In this document: one piece after another, positions 29,933 to 40,066 of the stretch
Layout: every line of letters starts with the position of its first letter
How positions within the stretch are numbered: position 1 is the stretch's first letter
From: an uncultured Alphaproteobacteria bacterium
Lineage (GTDB): Bacteria > Pseudomonadota > Alphaproteobacteria > Rs-D84
Direction of reading: 5' to 3'
Assembly: GCA_944392775.1 (NCBI GenBank)
Contig: CALXXV010000010.1
Span: 12,966 to 76,965 of the forward strand
Length of the DNA stretch: 64,000 nt
Position numbers and translations under genes: made by a program
Notes under the pieces: model-generated
Seen by the model: only the letters and a program-made list of their open reading frames with translations
Told to the model about the DNA's origin: nothing
Database searches by the model: none

Positions 29933-30457
29933 ATGTTCATGAACTATCCATATATGCCAAAATCCACGGCGCTTTGGCTGATTGAAAATACGGCCTTAAC
30001 ATTTGAACAAATCGCAGATTTCTGTGGTTTGCATGAATTAGAAGTAAAAAATATTGCTGATGCAGAAACATATAAAATCCAAGGGTTAAATCCTATATTA
30101 AATGGACAACTGACTCGTGAAGATATTGAAAAATGCGAAGCAGATCCTAATGCGCGTTTGACTTTGCGTGAAGAAATTGTTGTTGCACAAAAGGCACAAA
30201 ATAAAAAAGGCGTTGGTTATACACCGAAACTTCATCGTCAAAATCGTTTAGGTGGTATTTTATGGATTTTAAAGAATTATCCAGAATTGTCTGACGGGCA
30301 GGTTGCACGTTTAATGCGCAGCACAAATCCGACAGTTGCATCCGTTCGTAATAAAACACATAAATCTTATTCTTTAATTCAAATCCAAAGCCCTATAGTT
30401 TTAGGTTTGGTTTCTGAATCTGCTTTACATGATGCAGTTGCTAAAGCAAAAAAATAA
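29933..30457 (+). CDS. conserved alphaproteobacterial protein (DUF1013-like) upstream of rpoD
   Basis: About 175-aa ORF immediately 5' of rpoD, the same gene order as in many alphaproteobacteria. The start is chosen at the Met after the SD. Confidence 0.45.
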   Translation: MFMNYPYMPKSTALWLIENTALTFEQIADFCGLHELEVKNIADAETYKIQGLNPILNGQLTREDIEKCEADPNARLTLREEIVVAQKAQNKKGVGYTPKLHRQNRLGGILWILKNYPELSDGQVARLMRSTNPTVASVRNKTHKSYSLIQIQSPIVLGLVSESALHDAVAKAKK

Positions 30458-30485
30458 AAATATACTATAAAATTTTAAGGTTTTA

Positions 30486-32573
30486 TTGATGGCTAAGAAA
30501 TTAGACGAAGCGACAAAATTATTGATAGAATCTTTACCAGAAAACTTGCAAAAGCTTGCAACGTCTTCTGTTGAAATGGGCTATTTGTCACAGATGGATT
30601 TTAATGCTGCTACTGAAGCCGATGAAATCCCTGCAGAAGAACAAGATGAAGTACTAGATTTTTTTCAACAAGATTTAGGATTAGAAATTCTAGAAACTGA
30701 TAACTTTTCTCAAGACATAGAAAAGTATTATGACGACGACTCTGACGAGCCACGTGATAAAACCAGAAATTTATTAAACGCAGACGCAGAGCAGGTCGAT
30801 GTTAATGAAGATGATTATGAGCATTATGCTAAGCAACTTGAACGTAGTCAAACAGGCAACTTGGTCTTAGGTGTACAAGACTCTGTACAATCGTATTTAA
30901 AGCAAATTGGTACAGTACAACTACTAACTGCAGCCGGAGAGGTTGCAATTGCTCAACGTATAGAAGCCGCATCAAGACTTATGGTTTACGGACTTTGTGA
31001 AAGTCCTATGACAATAAAAGCTATGTTGGATTGGTATCAACAGCTTTTGAATGAAGAAATTAGATTGCGCTATATAGTAAACCTAGAAGTTATGTATTCT
31101 AGTGACTCTGAACAAAAATCTTTGGCTGCATTATCTGAAGCCTTGAAATCAAAGGGCGTTGATCATGTTGATGAGCTTGACGATGATGATCTAGATGATC
31201 TTGAAGAAAGTACTGTATCAGAAGACGAGGATGATGACGACGACGATTTAGAAGATGAAGACGGATTAAAAAAAGAAGATACTCCACGTGGAACTTCGGG
31301 CGTTCCTATTCCTGTAATGGAAGAGGCTTTGATGCCGATGGTTATGGATTTATTTGGCAAAATAAAACGCATATTTAATAATATGCAAAAATTGCAGGCA
31401 AAACGCCTGGAAAATTTACTTATTTCCTCAAAACCGGATGAAGCATTAGAAAAAAAATATACAAAAATGCGCTTGGAATTGTTTGAACATGTAAGTAAAA
31501 TTCGTTTAAACGATGACCGTATCGCAGAAATTCTTGAACAATTAACTAAGCGAGATCAATTGCTTATGGGGCTAGAGGGTAAATTATTACGTCTTGCTTT
31601 AGCAAATAAGATTAAACGCGAAGACTTTTTAGCAGAATATGCCGGCAATGAATTAAACAGAAATTGGGTAAAAAAGTTGGCGAAACATAAAAATCCGGCG
31701 TGGGCTTCTTTTGCAAAAAAGCATGAAAAAGACATTTTGAAAATTCAAGAAGACATTACAGCGATTGCACAAGAAACAGGCCAGCCAACCGCAGAATATA
31801 AAAAAGTAGTTGAATTGGTTCGCCGTGGTCAAACCGAAGCGGCACGCGCAAAACGTGAAATGATAGAAGCGAACTTGCGCTTAGTTATAAAATTTGCAAA
31901 GAAATCCAGCAATCGTGGTCTTGGTTTAGATTTTTCTGATCTGGTTCAGGACGGAAATATTGGTTTAATGAAAGCGGTAGACAAGTTTGATTACCGTTTA
32001 GGTAATAAGTTTTCTACATATGCAACGAACTGGATTCAACAAGGAATTTCTCGTAGCATTGCAGATCAGGCTCGTACAATACGAATACCGGTTCATATGA
32101 TTGACAATATCCATAAAATTCAACGTGCTACACGACAATTTATGCATAAATACGGTCGTCAACCAACAGCTGAAGAATTATCGAAGATAATTTATTTGCC
32201 TGTTGATAAGATACATAAAGCAATGAAGGTAAATTTGAAACCAATTTCATTAGAAGCCCCCGTAGGGACAGAAGATGATAGCAGTCGTATTGAAATTATT
32301 GCCGACGAAACAGCTAAGAATCCATTTGTTTCGGCTGCCCAAAAAAATCTTAGGAAAATCGTTACTCAGATTTTGTCAGAGTTGGATCCTAAAGAAGAGA
32401 CTGTATTACGTCAACGTTTCGGTATGAGTACAAATAAAACAAGTACGTTAGAAGAAGTCGGAGAATATATTGGCGTTACACGTGAACGTATACGACAGAT
32501 CGAGCAAAAGGCTTTAAACAAACTAAAACACCCAACTCGTGCACGTAAATTACGTAGTTTCTTAGAAGATTAA
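30486..32573 (+). CDS. rpoD: RNA polymerase sigma factor RpoD (sigma-70)
   Basis: Regions 2-4 are conserved: [26 protein letters not shown], and the C-terminal [23 protein letters not shown]. It has an acidic [10 protein letters not shown] non-conserved insert. Confidence 0.95.
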   Translation: MMAKKLDEATKLLIESLPENLQKLATSSVEMGYLSQMDFNAATEADEIPAEEQDEVLDFFQQDLGLEILETDNFSQDIEKYYDDDSDEPRDKTRNLLNADAEQVDVNEDDYEHYAKQLERSQTGNLVLGVQDSVQSYLKQIGTVQLLTAAGEVAIAQRIEAASRLMVYGLCESPMTIKAMLDWYQQLLNEEIRLRYIVNLEVMYSSDSEQKSLAALSEALKSKGVDHVDELDDDDLDDLEESTVSEDEDDDDDDLEDEDGLKKEDTPRGTSGVPIPVMEEALMPMVMDLFGKIKRIFNNMQKLQAKRLENLLISSKPDEALEKKYTKMRLELFEHVSKIRLNDDRIAEILEQLTKRDQLLMGLEGKLLRLALANKIKREDFLAEYAGNELNRNWVKKLAKHKNPAWASFAKKHEKDILKIQEDITAIAQETGQPTAEYKKVVELVRRGQTEAARAKREMIEANLRLVIKFAKKSSNRGLGLDFSDLVQDGNIGLMKAVDKFDYRLGNKFSTYATNWIQQGISRSIADQARTIRIPVHMIDNIHKIQRATRQFMHKYGRQPTAEELSKIIYLPVDKIHKAMKVNLKPISLEAPVGTEDDSSRIEIIADETAKNPFVSAAQKNLRKIVTQILSELDPKEETVLRQRFGMSTNKTSTLEEVGEYIGVTRERIRQIEQKALNKLKHPTRARKLRSFLED

Positions 32574-32581
32574 TATATAAA

Positions 32582-32612
32582 TCCCGCTTAATTTGCGGGT
32601 TTTTATTTTAAC
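32582..32612 (+). terminator. intrinsic terminator
   Basis: Hairpin cccgc-ttaatt-gcggg, followed by a T-run. Confidence 0.55.
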
Positions 32613-32629
32613 AACAAAGGATTATTAAT

Positions 32630-33229
32630 ATGAAAAATATTATTCTTTTTTGTACGGGGATTTCTGGTAGTGGCAAAAGTTATTTTATTAAGCACTATTT
32701 GCCATCAAATTTATTTTATAGTTTAAAATCCGCAACTACCAGACCTATGCGGGAAGGTGAAAAAGACGGTCGCGATTATTATTTTCGAGATGAGCAATAT
32801 TTTTTCACAGAAAAACTAGCAACATTATTATGGGTAAATGAAGAATTTTGGGTGCAAGGTCAGCCCAAATGGCTGTATGGGGTCCCAGAATTTGAAATAT
32901 ATAATAATCTAAGCAAAAATTTAGTATACGACGTAATTCAGCCTAAATACATACGCCAAATGATAGATTGGTTCAAAGCCAATAAATTAAGTAGATATTA
33001 TGACTTTAAAACTATTTATTTTATTCCGCCAGAAAACACCATACAAACCATACAGAATCGCGCGAATATGCCAGATGATAAATTAGTCAGACAAAAGAAC
33101 ACCTGTAATCCCGAAGACTTTTTGCGTGCTGGCATCGATATTAATTTCTTGACTAAATGTAGTGCATCAGAAACTATAATTAGCCCTAAACTATTAAAAT
33201 TCTTATCAAAACAAATAAAAACAAAATAA
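32630..33229 (+). CDS. guanylate kinase-like protein (divergent Gmk homolog)
   Basis: P-loop GISGSGKS plus the GMP-binding signature SATTRPMREGEKDGRDYYF. The remainder is divergent. Confidence 0.45.
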   Translation: MKNIILFCTGISGSGKSYFIKHYLPSNLFYSLKSATTRPMREGEKDGRDYYFRDEQYFFTEKLATLLWVNEEFWVQGQPKWLYGVPEFEIYNNLSKNLVYDVIQPKYIRQMIDWFKANKLSRYYDFKTIYFIPPENTIQTIQNRANMPDDKLVRQKNTCNPEDFLRAGIDINFLTKCSASETIISPKLLKFLSKQIKTK

Positions 33230-33230
33230 A

Positions 33231-33266
33231 AAAGCTTTCTTTTTAGAAAGCTTTTTTATCAAATAT
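33231..33266. terminator. bidirectional intrinsic terminator
   Basis: Hairpin aaaagctttct-tttt-agaaagctttt between convergent genes. Confidence 0.55.
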
Positions 33267-35172
33267 GTCCTTTAAGTGCTACATATATCTGCCCTAAATC
33301 TGTTTTTATCAATGTAGCGGTTATCTTATCTGAATTATCCGTTTGTTGTGCCCCTGACAGAATTTTATCAAAACTGCGTACAAATTGTGTTGCTTGTGAA
33401 CGAAATACCGCATCCGTTTTTAATAAATCACGAATTTGTTTCTTTTCTGCAGCGGATAACATTTTTGCTAACCATTTAGAAAAAATTGTTTTATCGCCAT
33501 TATGGTATTTTTTCCAAACAATATCTGGGATTTCAGCGCCTATAGCTTTAGTAAGGTCCAAAGATTGATCATGCATTTTTTCTAATAGACGTTCGCTTTG
33601 TTTTAAAAAATCTTGACTGCTAACACGTCCAAAAGATGCGCTTGGTGCAGTACTTATTGCATCCATAGGCGCAGTAGCTCTGGCAACCATCATTTGCTTG
33701 TTCAGTGTTTGCATGGTGTTTACCGCTTTGGCATAATCGGACATAAGATCTATCATTTGCTGACGTGATTGATCTGCCAAATCTTCTAACTTTACAGCCG
33801 AATCCGCTATGGTTGAAGTTGACTCTGAAACAGTGCTTTTCATCAAAGCCAATTTTTCATTCAGTGATGCAACAATCTTTTCTAGGTTTTCACCTGTTGC
33901 GATAGAGGTTTCTGACAAATCCGGCAAAGCAGAATAATATTTTTCTATCAATTCCGATAATGGTTGTAATTGTGCTGTCGTTTCTGCAGACATTTTTATA
34001 AGATTAGCAGATTGACCGGACAATTGCGTATGTGCCGTATTCATCTCAATTAACGTCTCTCTTACCCCTGTTGCCATAGCTTTTACAGACTCAGAGAAAG
34101 CATTGGCAGCACTTCTTGTATTCTCTAGTGTCGTGTTTGCCACGCCAGAAACCGTTTTTAGTTCAGAAACCACGCCTGTAGTAAAATCTTTTATTTCTCC
34201 GTTAAATTTATTTGTAAGGCTTGAAAGCTCGGTAGATATATTTCTGACTGAAGATTCCGTTGCAGTAGCAGAGCCCATAAGGCTTTCTACAACATCCGTC
34301 AATTTGCGCGTCTGCTTTTCTATAGATGATTCTGCCAAACGAACTTGACCACCTACAACATTAGCCGTATTAGTTAACGTATTCATTTGAGCCGTTAATT
34401 GCTTTTTAGAAGCTTTGCTAAACGCGTCCATTTTTAATAAGTGTTCATTCAACAACTTATCATTTTTTGCCATTAAAGCTTCATAATCTGTAGCAGCCAC
34501 CTTTACATTGTCAAAACCTTCAGCAGTACTTTTTGCAAGTTCTATAAGACGTTGTTGCATTTTTTCATATTCTGAATTTATCTGTGACATTTGTGTTTCA
34601 TTGCTACTAAAAACATTTTGTAAATTTTCAGATAGTTTTTCACTGGTTCCTAACCAACTATCTATATCATTTTGAATTGAAGATGTTTTATCCGTAATGT
34701 CACGAGAAGTTGCATCAATTTTTGATAATAACTCATTGATAGTAGAACTAAATCTATCGGTGGTTGCACCTACGTCTTGCCAACCATTTGACCCAACTAC
34801 AGTGGTTAAATCAGAAACAGTATTTTCAAGCCGCTGTGACATAATCGCCATTTTCTTTGTCGCATCATCCGCCAGTGCAACTAACCCGTCATTTTGTTCT
34901 GATAACGCCTGTTTCAGTTTTTCTGCTGCTGATATTTGAGAGTTTAGGGTATTGCAAATTGTCTGAAAGCAAGATTCTATTTTCGCTACTTCATCAGCTA
35001 AAAAAGATTGCAAAACCCTGCTTGCATCATATAATTTTGCACGTTCTGGCTTAGTCATAAAAACAAGCAACGATTCCATAACTTTTTGCGATCTTCTTGA
35101 TACAAAAAACAGCGATATTAAAGATAAAATTAATAATACAGACAGAATACTTATAATTATCAGAAATGTCAT
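33259..35172 (-). CDS. membrane-anchored long coiled-coil protein
   Basis: N-terminal TM helix MTFLIIISILSVLLILSLISLFFV, then about 600 aa of low-complexity alpha-helical/coiled-coil sequence rich in Ala/Ser/Thr/Gln/Glu/Leu. Confidence 0.5.
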   Translation of the reverse strand: MTFLIIISILSVLLILSLISLFFVSRRSQKVMESLLVFMTKPERAKLYDASRVLQSFLADEVAKIESCFQTICNTLNSQISAAEKLKQALSEQNDGLVALADDATKKMAIMSQRLENTVSDLTTVVGSNGWQDVGATTDRFSSTINELLSKIDATSRDITDKTSSIQNDIDSWLGTSEKLSENLQNVFSSNETQMSQINSEYEKMQQRLIELAKSTAEGFDNVKVAATDYEALMAKNDKLLNEHLLKMDAFSKASKKQLTAQMNTLTNTANVVGGQVRLAESSIEKQTRKLTDVVESLMGSATATESSVRNISTELSSLTNKFNGEIKDFTTGVVSELKTVSGVANTTLENTRSAANAFSESVKAMATGVRETLIEMNTAHTQLSGQSANLIKMSAETTAQLQPLSELIEKYYSALPDLSETSIATGENLEKIVASLNEKLALMKSTVSESTSTIADSAVKLEDLADQSRQQMIDLMSDYAKAVNTMQTLNKQMMVARATAPMDAISTAPSASFGRVSSQDFLKQSERLLEKMHDQSLDLTKAIGAEIPDIVWKKYHNGDKTIFSKWLAKMLSAAEKKQIRDLLKTDAVFRSQATQFVRSFDKILSGAQQTDNSDKITATLIKTDLGQIYVALKGHI

Positions 35173-35286
35173 AAAATCCCCCCGCGGTATATTGTAATTT
35201 CCTGCAACTTTTAAAAGGTCTTTTTTATATAGCTTGCAGTTCTATGAAATTTATACTAAAATCCCTGCAATAAAGCAAGAGCATAT

Positions 35287-37914
35287 ATGAGTAAAAAACA
35301 TAACTTATCTCCAGAACAAGATAATGCAGCTAATCCTACAGAAAACGTATGGGTTCAGGCAAATGCGGGTACGGGAAAAACAAGCGTTCTGGTACAAAGA
35401 TTATTAAGAATTCTTTTTCGAACGAATGAATTACAAGAATCTGGCATATTGTGTTTAACATATACAAATGCAGGGGCAGGTGAAATGCGCAATAGAATAC
35501 TTGCTTCTTTACGAGAATGGGCGATAGCTTCAGATGAAGATTTAAAAGAATTGCTTTCTGGAATTTCCGTAAATACCCCACCCACCAGTTTTGATATAGA
35601 ACACGCAAGGCAAATCTTTTTCAGGTACATAGATATGCCTGAAACATTGAAAATAAAAACAATTCATGGTTTTTGTGAAGAAATACTACGCAAATTTCCA
35701 TTAGAAGCAGGGATTTCGCCTTCTTGGTCTCTTGTTTCTGAGGTGAATCAACGTGTATTATTACAAGAAGCCTTTTCAAAACTTGTAAACACATCAAGCA
35801 ACATTCAAGTGAACAGCGCGTTTTCTCATATATTAAATAAAATTTCAGAAACTTATATAGAATCTCTTTTGGATATTCTTAGTCAACAATATAAATACTT
35901 TTTTCAAGTTGATAATATTTCTAGTTATAGAGAATATTTTATTGATACAATTAGATATTTTTTTAATCTAAACACTCCGGTAGAAACGTTTTTTTCTAAA
36001 CAAAAACTAGAAGATATTATAAAAAAATTAGAAAGCGAGATAAAAGCAGCAAAAAAACCGGCTCAATACTTAATAGATATCTTAAACAACACAAAACAAT
36101 TTATTGATAATAGCATAGATTTTGAAAAATATAAAAACGCATATTTAAAACAAGACGGTGAAAAAAAACAAAATATTCTAAAAAAGGATTATTTAATTGA
36201 AGAACAAGATCGCGTATATGTTTTAAATCAAAATAATATCGCACAAAGAATACTAGAAGACTCGATAGCACTTTTTGATTTATCGGCCGCATTTGCGGAG
36301 AAATACAAAGAAATAAAAAGAGCAAAAAATATTTTAGATTTTGAAGATCTTATTTTATATACAAGAAAACTTTTTTCTTCGCCGGAAAACATGGGATGGG
36401 TTTTGTCACAACTAAATGTGAATTTAAAGCACATATTAGTAGATGAAGCCCAAGACACCAGTCCTGCCCAATGGGACATTTTGCGTATGCTTTCAGGAGA
36501 TTTTTTTACAGACGGAGATACAAAAGACCTTCCAAAATCATTGTTTGTTGTTGGAGACACGAAGCAATCAATATACGGGTTTCAAGGAGCAGACCCTAAG
36601 GCTTTTACGAATAGCCGACTTGATATATCCACACAGATACAACAAAATTTACGTACAATACACGAAATACCATTAGAACAAAGTTTTCGTTCTTTGGCAC
36701 CGATTTTAAAAACAGTCGACTTCTTTTTTAACAATAAAGACGTCGCAAACACAACCGGTTTTTTGAACAATCCGCATAAAGTATTCCGGCAAGAAAAGGG
36801 CGGTTTAGTAGAAATAAACAGACTTGTTTCAAAACAAGAAGATGAAGTATCTGTAGAAAAATATGTATCTATTATAGCAGATGAAATAAAAAAACTGATA
36901 GACACAAAACAATATCAAGCTAATGAAATAATGGTTCTTGTGCAAAATAGAATCCCTATGGCAGCCCCATTGGTAAAAGAATTAAAGAAAAGAAGTATAG
37001 ATGTTGCCGGTAGCGATAGAATTATTTTACCCAAATTTCCCGCAATCAAAGACCTGTTATATTTGATAAGATTTTGCATAGATTCTACTGACGACTATAG
37101 TTTATGTTGTGTATTAAAAAGTCCAATTTTCAGATTGAAAGAAGCAGATATTTTTGAATTGTGCAAAATTAAAAATGTTACTTCAGAGCGTATAACCGTC
37201 TTTGACGTATTGCGAGAAAAAGAACAAAATATATATAATACATTATCAAAATTTATAGAGCTGTCCAAAATTGCCGGGCCTTATTCTTTCTTTTCTTATG
37301 TCTTAAACGAATTCCGTGTTCGAGATAGTATGATAGCCGCCCTCGGTAATCAAATAATAGATCCTTTAGAAGAATTTATGACAATATGTTTATCCTATGA
37401 AAGAACACAAACCGGAACACTAAAACATTTTTTAAAATGGTTTATTACCGGTGGCAGCCAAATAAAACGAGACATGGACGCATCTTCTGGTGTAAGAATA
37501 GCTACGATACATGGCAGTAAAGGTTTAGAAGCTCCGGTAATTTTTTTAATAGATACAGTAAAAACGCCTCGACAAGAACAAATACTAAATTTGCCCCTAG
37601 AAAAATTGCCAACTCATTTAAAAAAACGTGGAGAAAATCTACCACCTTCTTGGATATGGTCTGCTCCTAATGGAGAAATTTGTGAACCAAAAAAATATAT
37701 TGAATCAATAACAGAAAAAGCAAGAATTGCAGAATATTATAGATTATTATATGTCGCCATGACGCGCGCGCGCGATAGATTATATATATACGGTCATTCA
37801 ACATATAAAAACGCCCCCGAAATATCATGGTTTTCGAAATTGTGGAACGTACTATCTTATATGCCTGGGGCAGATGTAAGTACAGAAAAAATAAGGATCA
37901 CAAACAATGAATAA
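35287..37914 (+). CDS. addA: AddA-type SF1 helicase (UvrD-like), helicase part
   Basis: Alphaproteobacterial AddA N-terminus ...WVQANAGTGKTSVLVQRLLRIL (Walker A). UvrD motifs DEAQDTSP and LLYVAMTRARDRLYI. Confidence 0.75.
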   Translation: MSKKHNLSPEQDNAANPTENVWVQANAGTGKTSVLVQRLLRILFRTNELQESGILCLTYTNAGAGEMRNRILASLREWAIASDEDLKELLSGISVNTPPTSFDIEHARQIFFRYIDMPETLKIKTIHGFCEEILRKFPLEAGISPSWSLVSEVNQRVLLQEAFSKLVNTSSNIQVNSAFSHILNKISETYIESLLDILSQQYKYFFQVDNISSYREYFIDTIRYFFNLNTPVETFFSKQKLEDIIKKLESEIKAAKKPAQYLIDILNNTKQFIDNSIDFEKYKNAYLKQDGEKKQNILKKDYLIEEQDRVYVLNQNNIAQRILEDSIALFDLSAAFAEKYKEIKRAKNILDFEDLILYTRKLFSSPENMGWVLSQLNVNLKHILVDEAQDTSPAQWDILRMLSGDFFTDGDTKDLPKSLFVVGDTKQSIYGFQGADPKAFTNSRLDISTQIQQNLRTIHEIPLEQSFRSLAPILKTVDFFFNNKDVANTTGFLNNPHKVFRQEKGGLVEINRLVSKQEDEVSVEKYVSIIADEIKKLIDTKQYQANEIMVLVQNRIPMAAPLVKELKKRSIDVAGSDRIILPKFPAIKDLLYLIRFCIDSTDDYSLCCVLKSPIFRLKEADIFELCKIKNVTSERITVFDVLREKEQNIYNTLSKFIELSKIAGPYSFFSYVLNEFRVRDSMIAALGNQIIDPLEEFMTICLSYERTQTGTLKHFLKWFITGGSQIKRDMDASSGVRIATIHGSKGLEAPVIFLIDTVKTPRQEQILNLPLEKLPTHLKKRGENLPPSWIWSAPNGEICEPKKYIESITEKARIAEYYRLLYVAMTRARDRLYIYGHSTYKNAPEISWFSKLWNVLSYMPGADVSTEKIRITNNE

Positions 37915-38347
37915 TTTGCAAAACATTTATGCCGAATACGAAAAGAAAAATTTTGCAAAAAAGCTTGGCGTTGACAAGCATATAAAAATGCAAAACATTT
38001 TGATAACCGATAACAAAGAAGTAGGAGATCCTGAAATAATAAAAGAAATAAAAAAACACCCCGAACTATACAGTTTTTTTTCAGACGATACAAAAACAGA
38101 GGTCCCAATTGCAGGTTTTTTAAACGGTAAATTCGTAAGCAGACGAATAGATAGATTAAAAATAGATCATAAAAAAAAACATATAGACATTATTGATTAC
38201 AAAACAGACACAGAAAAAAATGAATATATAGATCTTTATTTTAATCAAATAAACGAATATAAAGAGCTTTTTCGTAATTTATATCCCGAATACACGATAA
38301 GTGGCTATATATTGTGGTTACACGATTTTAATCTACAAAAAATTTAA
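37907..38347 (+). CDS. RecB-family nuclease domain ORF (AddA C-terminal nuclease as a separate or frameshifted ORF)
   Basis: RIDRLKIDHKKKHIDIIDYKTD and QINEY match RecB nuclease motifs II and III. It overlaps the addA stop by 8 nt in a different frame. Confidence 0.55.
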   Translation: MNNLQNIYAEYEKKNFAKKLGVDKHIKMQNILITDNKEVGDPEIIKEIKKHPELYSFFSDDTKTEVPIAGFLNGKFVSRRIDRLKIDHKKKHIDIIDYKTDTEKNEYIDLYFNQINEYKELFRNLYPEYTISGYILWLHDFNLQKI

Positions 38348-38410
38348 CAATAGATAAGTCTTGCGTAAAAAAACTTGAAAAAACAAAAAAAATCCAGTTA
38401 TAATTCGCAC

Positions 38411-40066
38411 ATGCTAACAAATCTTTATATTTCTAATATAGTATTAATAGAAAAACTGAATATAGAGTTCAGTGCGGGGCTAAATATTTTAACCGGTGAA
38501 ACGGGCGCTGGAAAAAGTATTTTATTAGACGCTTTGGCTCTGGCACTTGGTGCCCGATCAGACACATCTTTAATCAGACATGGTTGCAGTCAAGCGACTA
38601 TTACAGCAGAATTTGATACAATAGGTGACAATTTACACGCCATACTTAACGACAATGGAATAGACGCAGACGGTCAAATAATAATACGAAGAACACTTGC
38701 TGAAGATGGGAAAAGTCGTGCATGGATAAACGACGTTCCTGTGTCAATAAAACTTTTAAAACAGGTTGGTGACGAATTAGTTGAAATACATGGCCAATTC
38801 GCAAATCATGCTTTATTAAATCCGCAAACACATAGGAATGCGTTGGATCAGTTCGCACTTTCTTATGATAAAAAATATTCTGAATTATTAAATAAAGTAA
38901 AAAATGCTTACACAGAATATCATTTATCAGAAAAACATTTAAAAGATTTACAAGAATTGTTGAAAAAATCAGAATCTGAACGCGATTTTTTGCAACATAA
39001 TATATCAGAATTACAAAAGTTAAATGTAAAAATTGGCGAAGAAGAATACTTAACCAATCGTCGTACTATACTGATGAACGCAGAAAAAGACTCTGCCATT
39101 TTAAAAGAGGCGATAAATGTATTAACAGAAAACGGTGAAAATTTAGATGCAAAACTTTTTTCTGCTGCACATATACTACAACGAATAAAAACCGAGCCTA
39201 ATCCATATCAAGAACAAATAGATACTCTTTATGATATAGGTCAGTCAATATCAGACATAACAGACAAATTAAAACCAAACGACGATATAGACATAGAAGA
39301 TCTGGACGCATTAGAAGAACGCTTGTTTACAATTCGTGCCATGGCACGCAAACACAGAGTTACAGCGGATGAATTGCCAAAAAAATTGGAAGATATGCTA
39401 TATCAACTAAATACAATTGATAACTCCGATGCTGAATTAAAGAAAACAAAAGCAGATGTAGAAGAAAAAGAAAAAATCTTCCAAGAATATTCAAATCAAT
39501 TATCTATTGCTAGGAAACAAATATCCGATGAATTGCGAAATAAAATTTTATCGGAATTACCAGATTTAAAGTTGGGTCAGGCCGATTTCTTAGTAGAAAT
39601 AACAGAAACTTTGCCCTCTGGCACAGGTAAGGACAACGTTTTGTTCATGATAAAAACAAATCCAGGAATGCCGTTTGCACCGTTAAACAAAGCCGCATCT
39701 GGTGGCGAACTTGCGCGTTTAATGCTGGCGTTACGCGTGGTATTATCTAACAAACAATCTTGGCACACCTTTATATTCGATGAAGTTGACACTGGAATAA
39801 GCGGTTCCACAGCAAGTGCGGTAGGCTTACGTCTAAATAATTTATCAAAAAACTCACAAACAATTGTAATAACACATTCCGCGCAAGTAGCGGGGTTTGC
39901 GGACAAGCACTTTAAAATAGAAAAAATTTCAGACGCAGAAAGAACTGTAACAACTGTATCAGAAATATTAGGGCAAGACCGATTAAATGAAATCGCACGA
40001 ATAATAAGTGGGGCCGAAATAACCCAAGAAGCAATAGCGACAGCAAAAACTTTAATTAAGTCTTAA
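38411..40066 (+). CDS. recN: DNA repair protein RecN
   Basis: SMC-like layout: N-terminal Walker A GETGAGKS, central coiled coil, C-terminal signature and Walker B FIFDEVDTGISG. Confidence 0.9.
   Translation: MLTNLYISNIVLIEKLNIEFSAGLNILTGETGAGKSILLDALALALGARSDTSLIRHGCSQATITAEFDTIGDNLHAILNDNGIDADGQIIIRRTLAEDGKSRAWINDVPVSIKLLKQVGDELVEIHGQFANHALLNPQTHRNALDQFALSYDKKYSELLNKVKNAYTEYHLSEKHLKDLQELLKKSESERDFLQHNISELQKLNVKIGEEEYLTNRRTILMNAEKDSAILKEAINVLTENGENLDAKLFSAAHILQRIKTEPNPYQEQIDTLYDIGQSISDITDKLKPNDDIDIEDLDALEERLFTIRAMARKHRVTADELPKKLEDMLYQLNTIDNSDAELKKTKADVEEKEKIFQEYSNQLSIARKQISDELRNKILSELPDLKLGQADFLVEITETLPSGTGKDNVLFMIKTNPGMPFAPLNKAASGGELARLMLALRVVLSNKQSWHTFIFDEVDTGISGSTASAVGLRLNNLSKNSQTIVITHSAQVAGFADKHFKIEKISDAERTVTTVSEILGQDRLNEIARIISGAEITQEAIATAKTLIKS

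Noticed and set aside
31163-31372. Minus-strand poly-Ser ORF (SSSSSSS...).
   Set aside because: It is the antisense reading of the acidic DDDD/EDED non-conserved region of rpoD.
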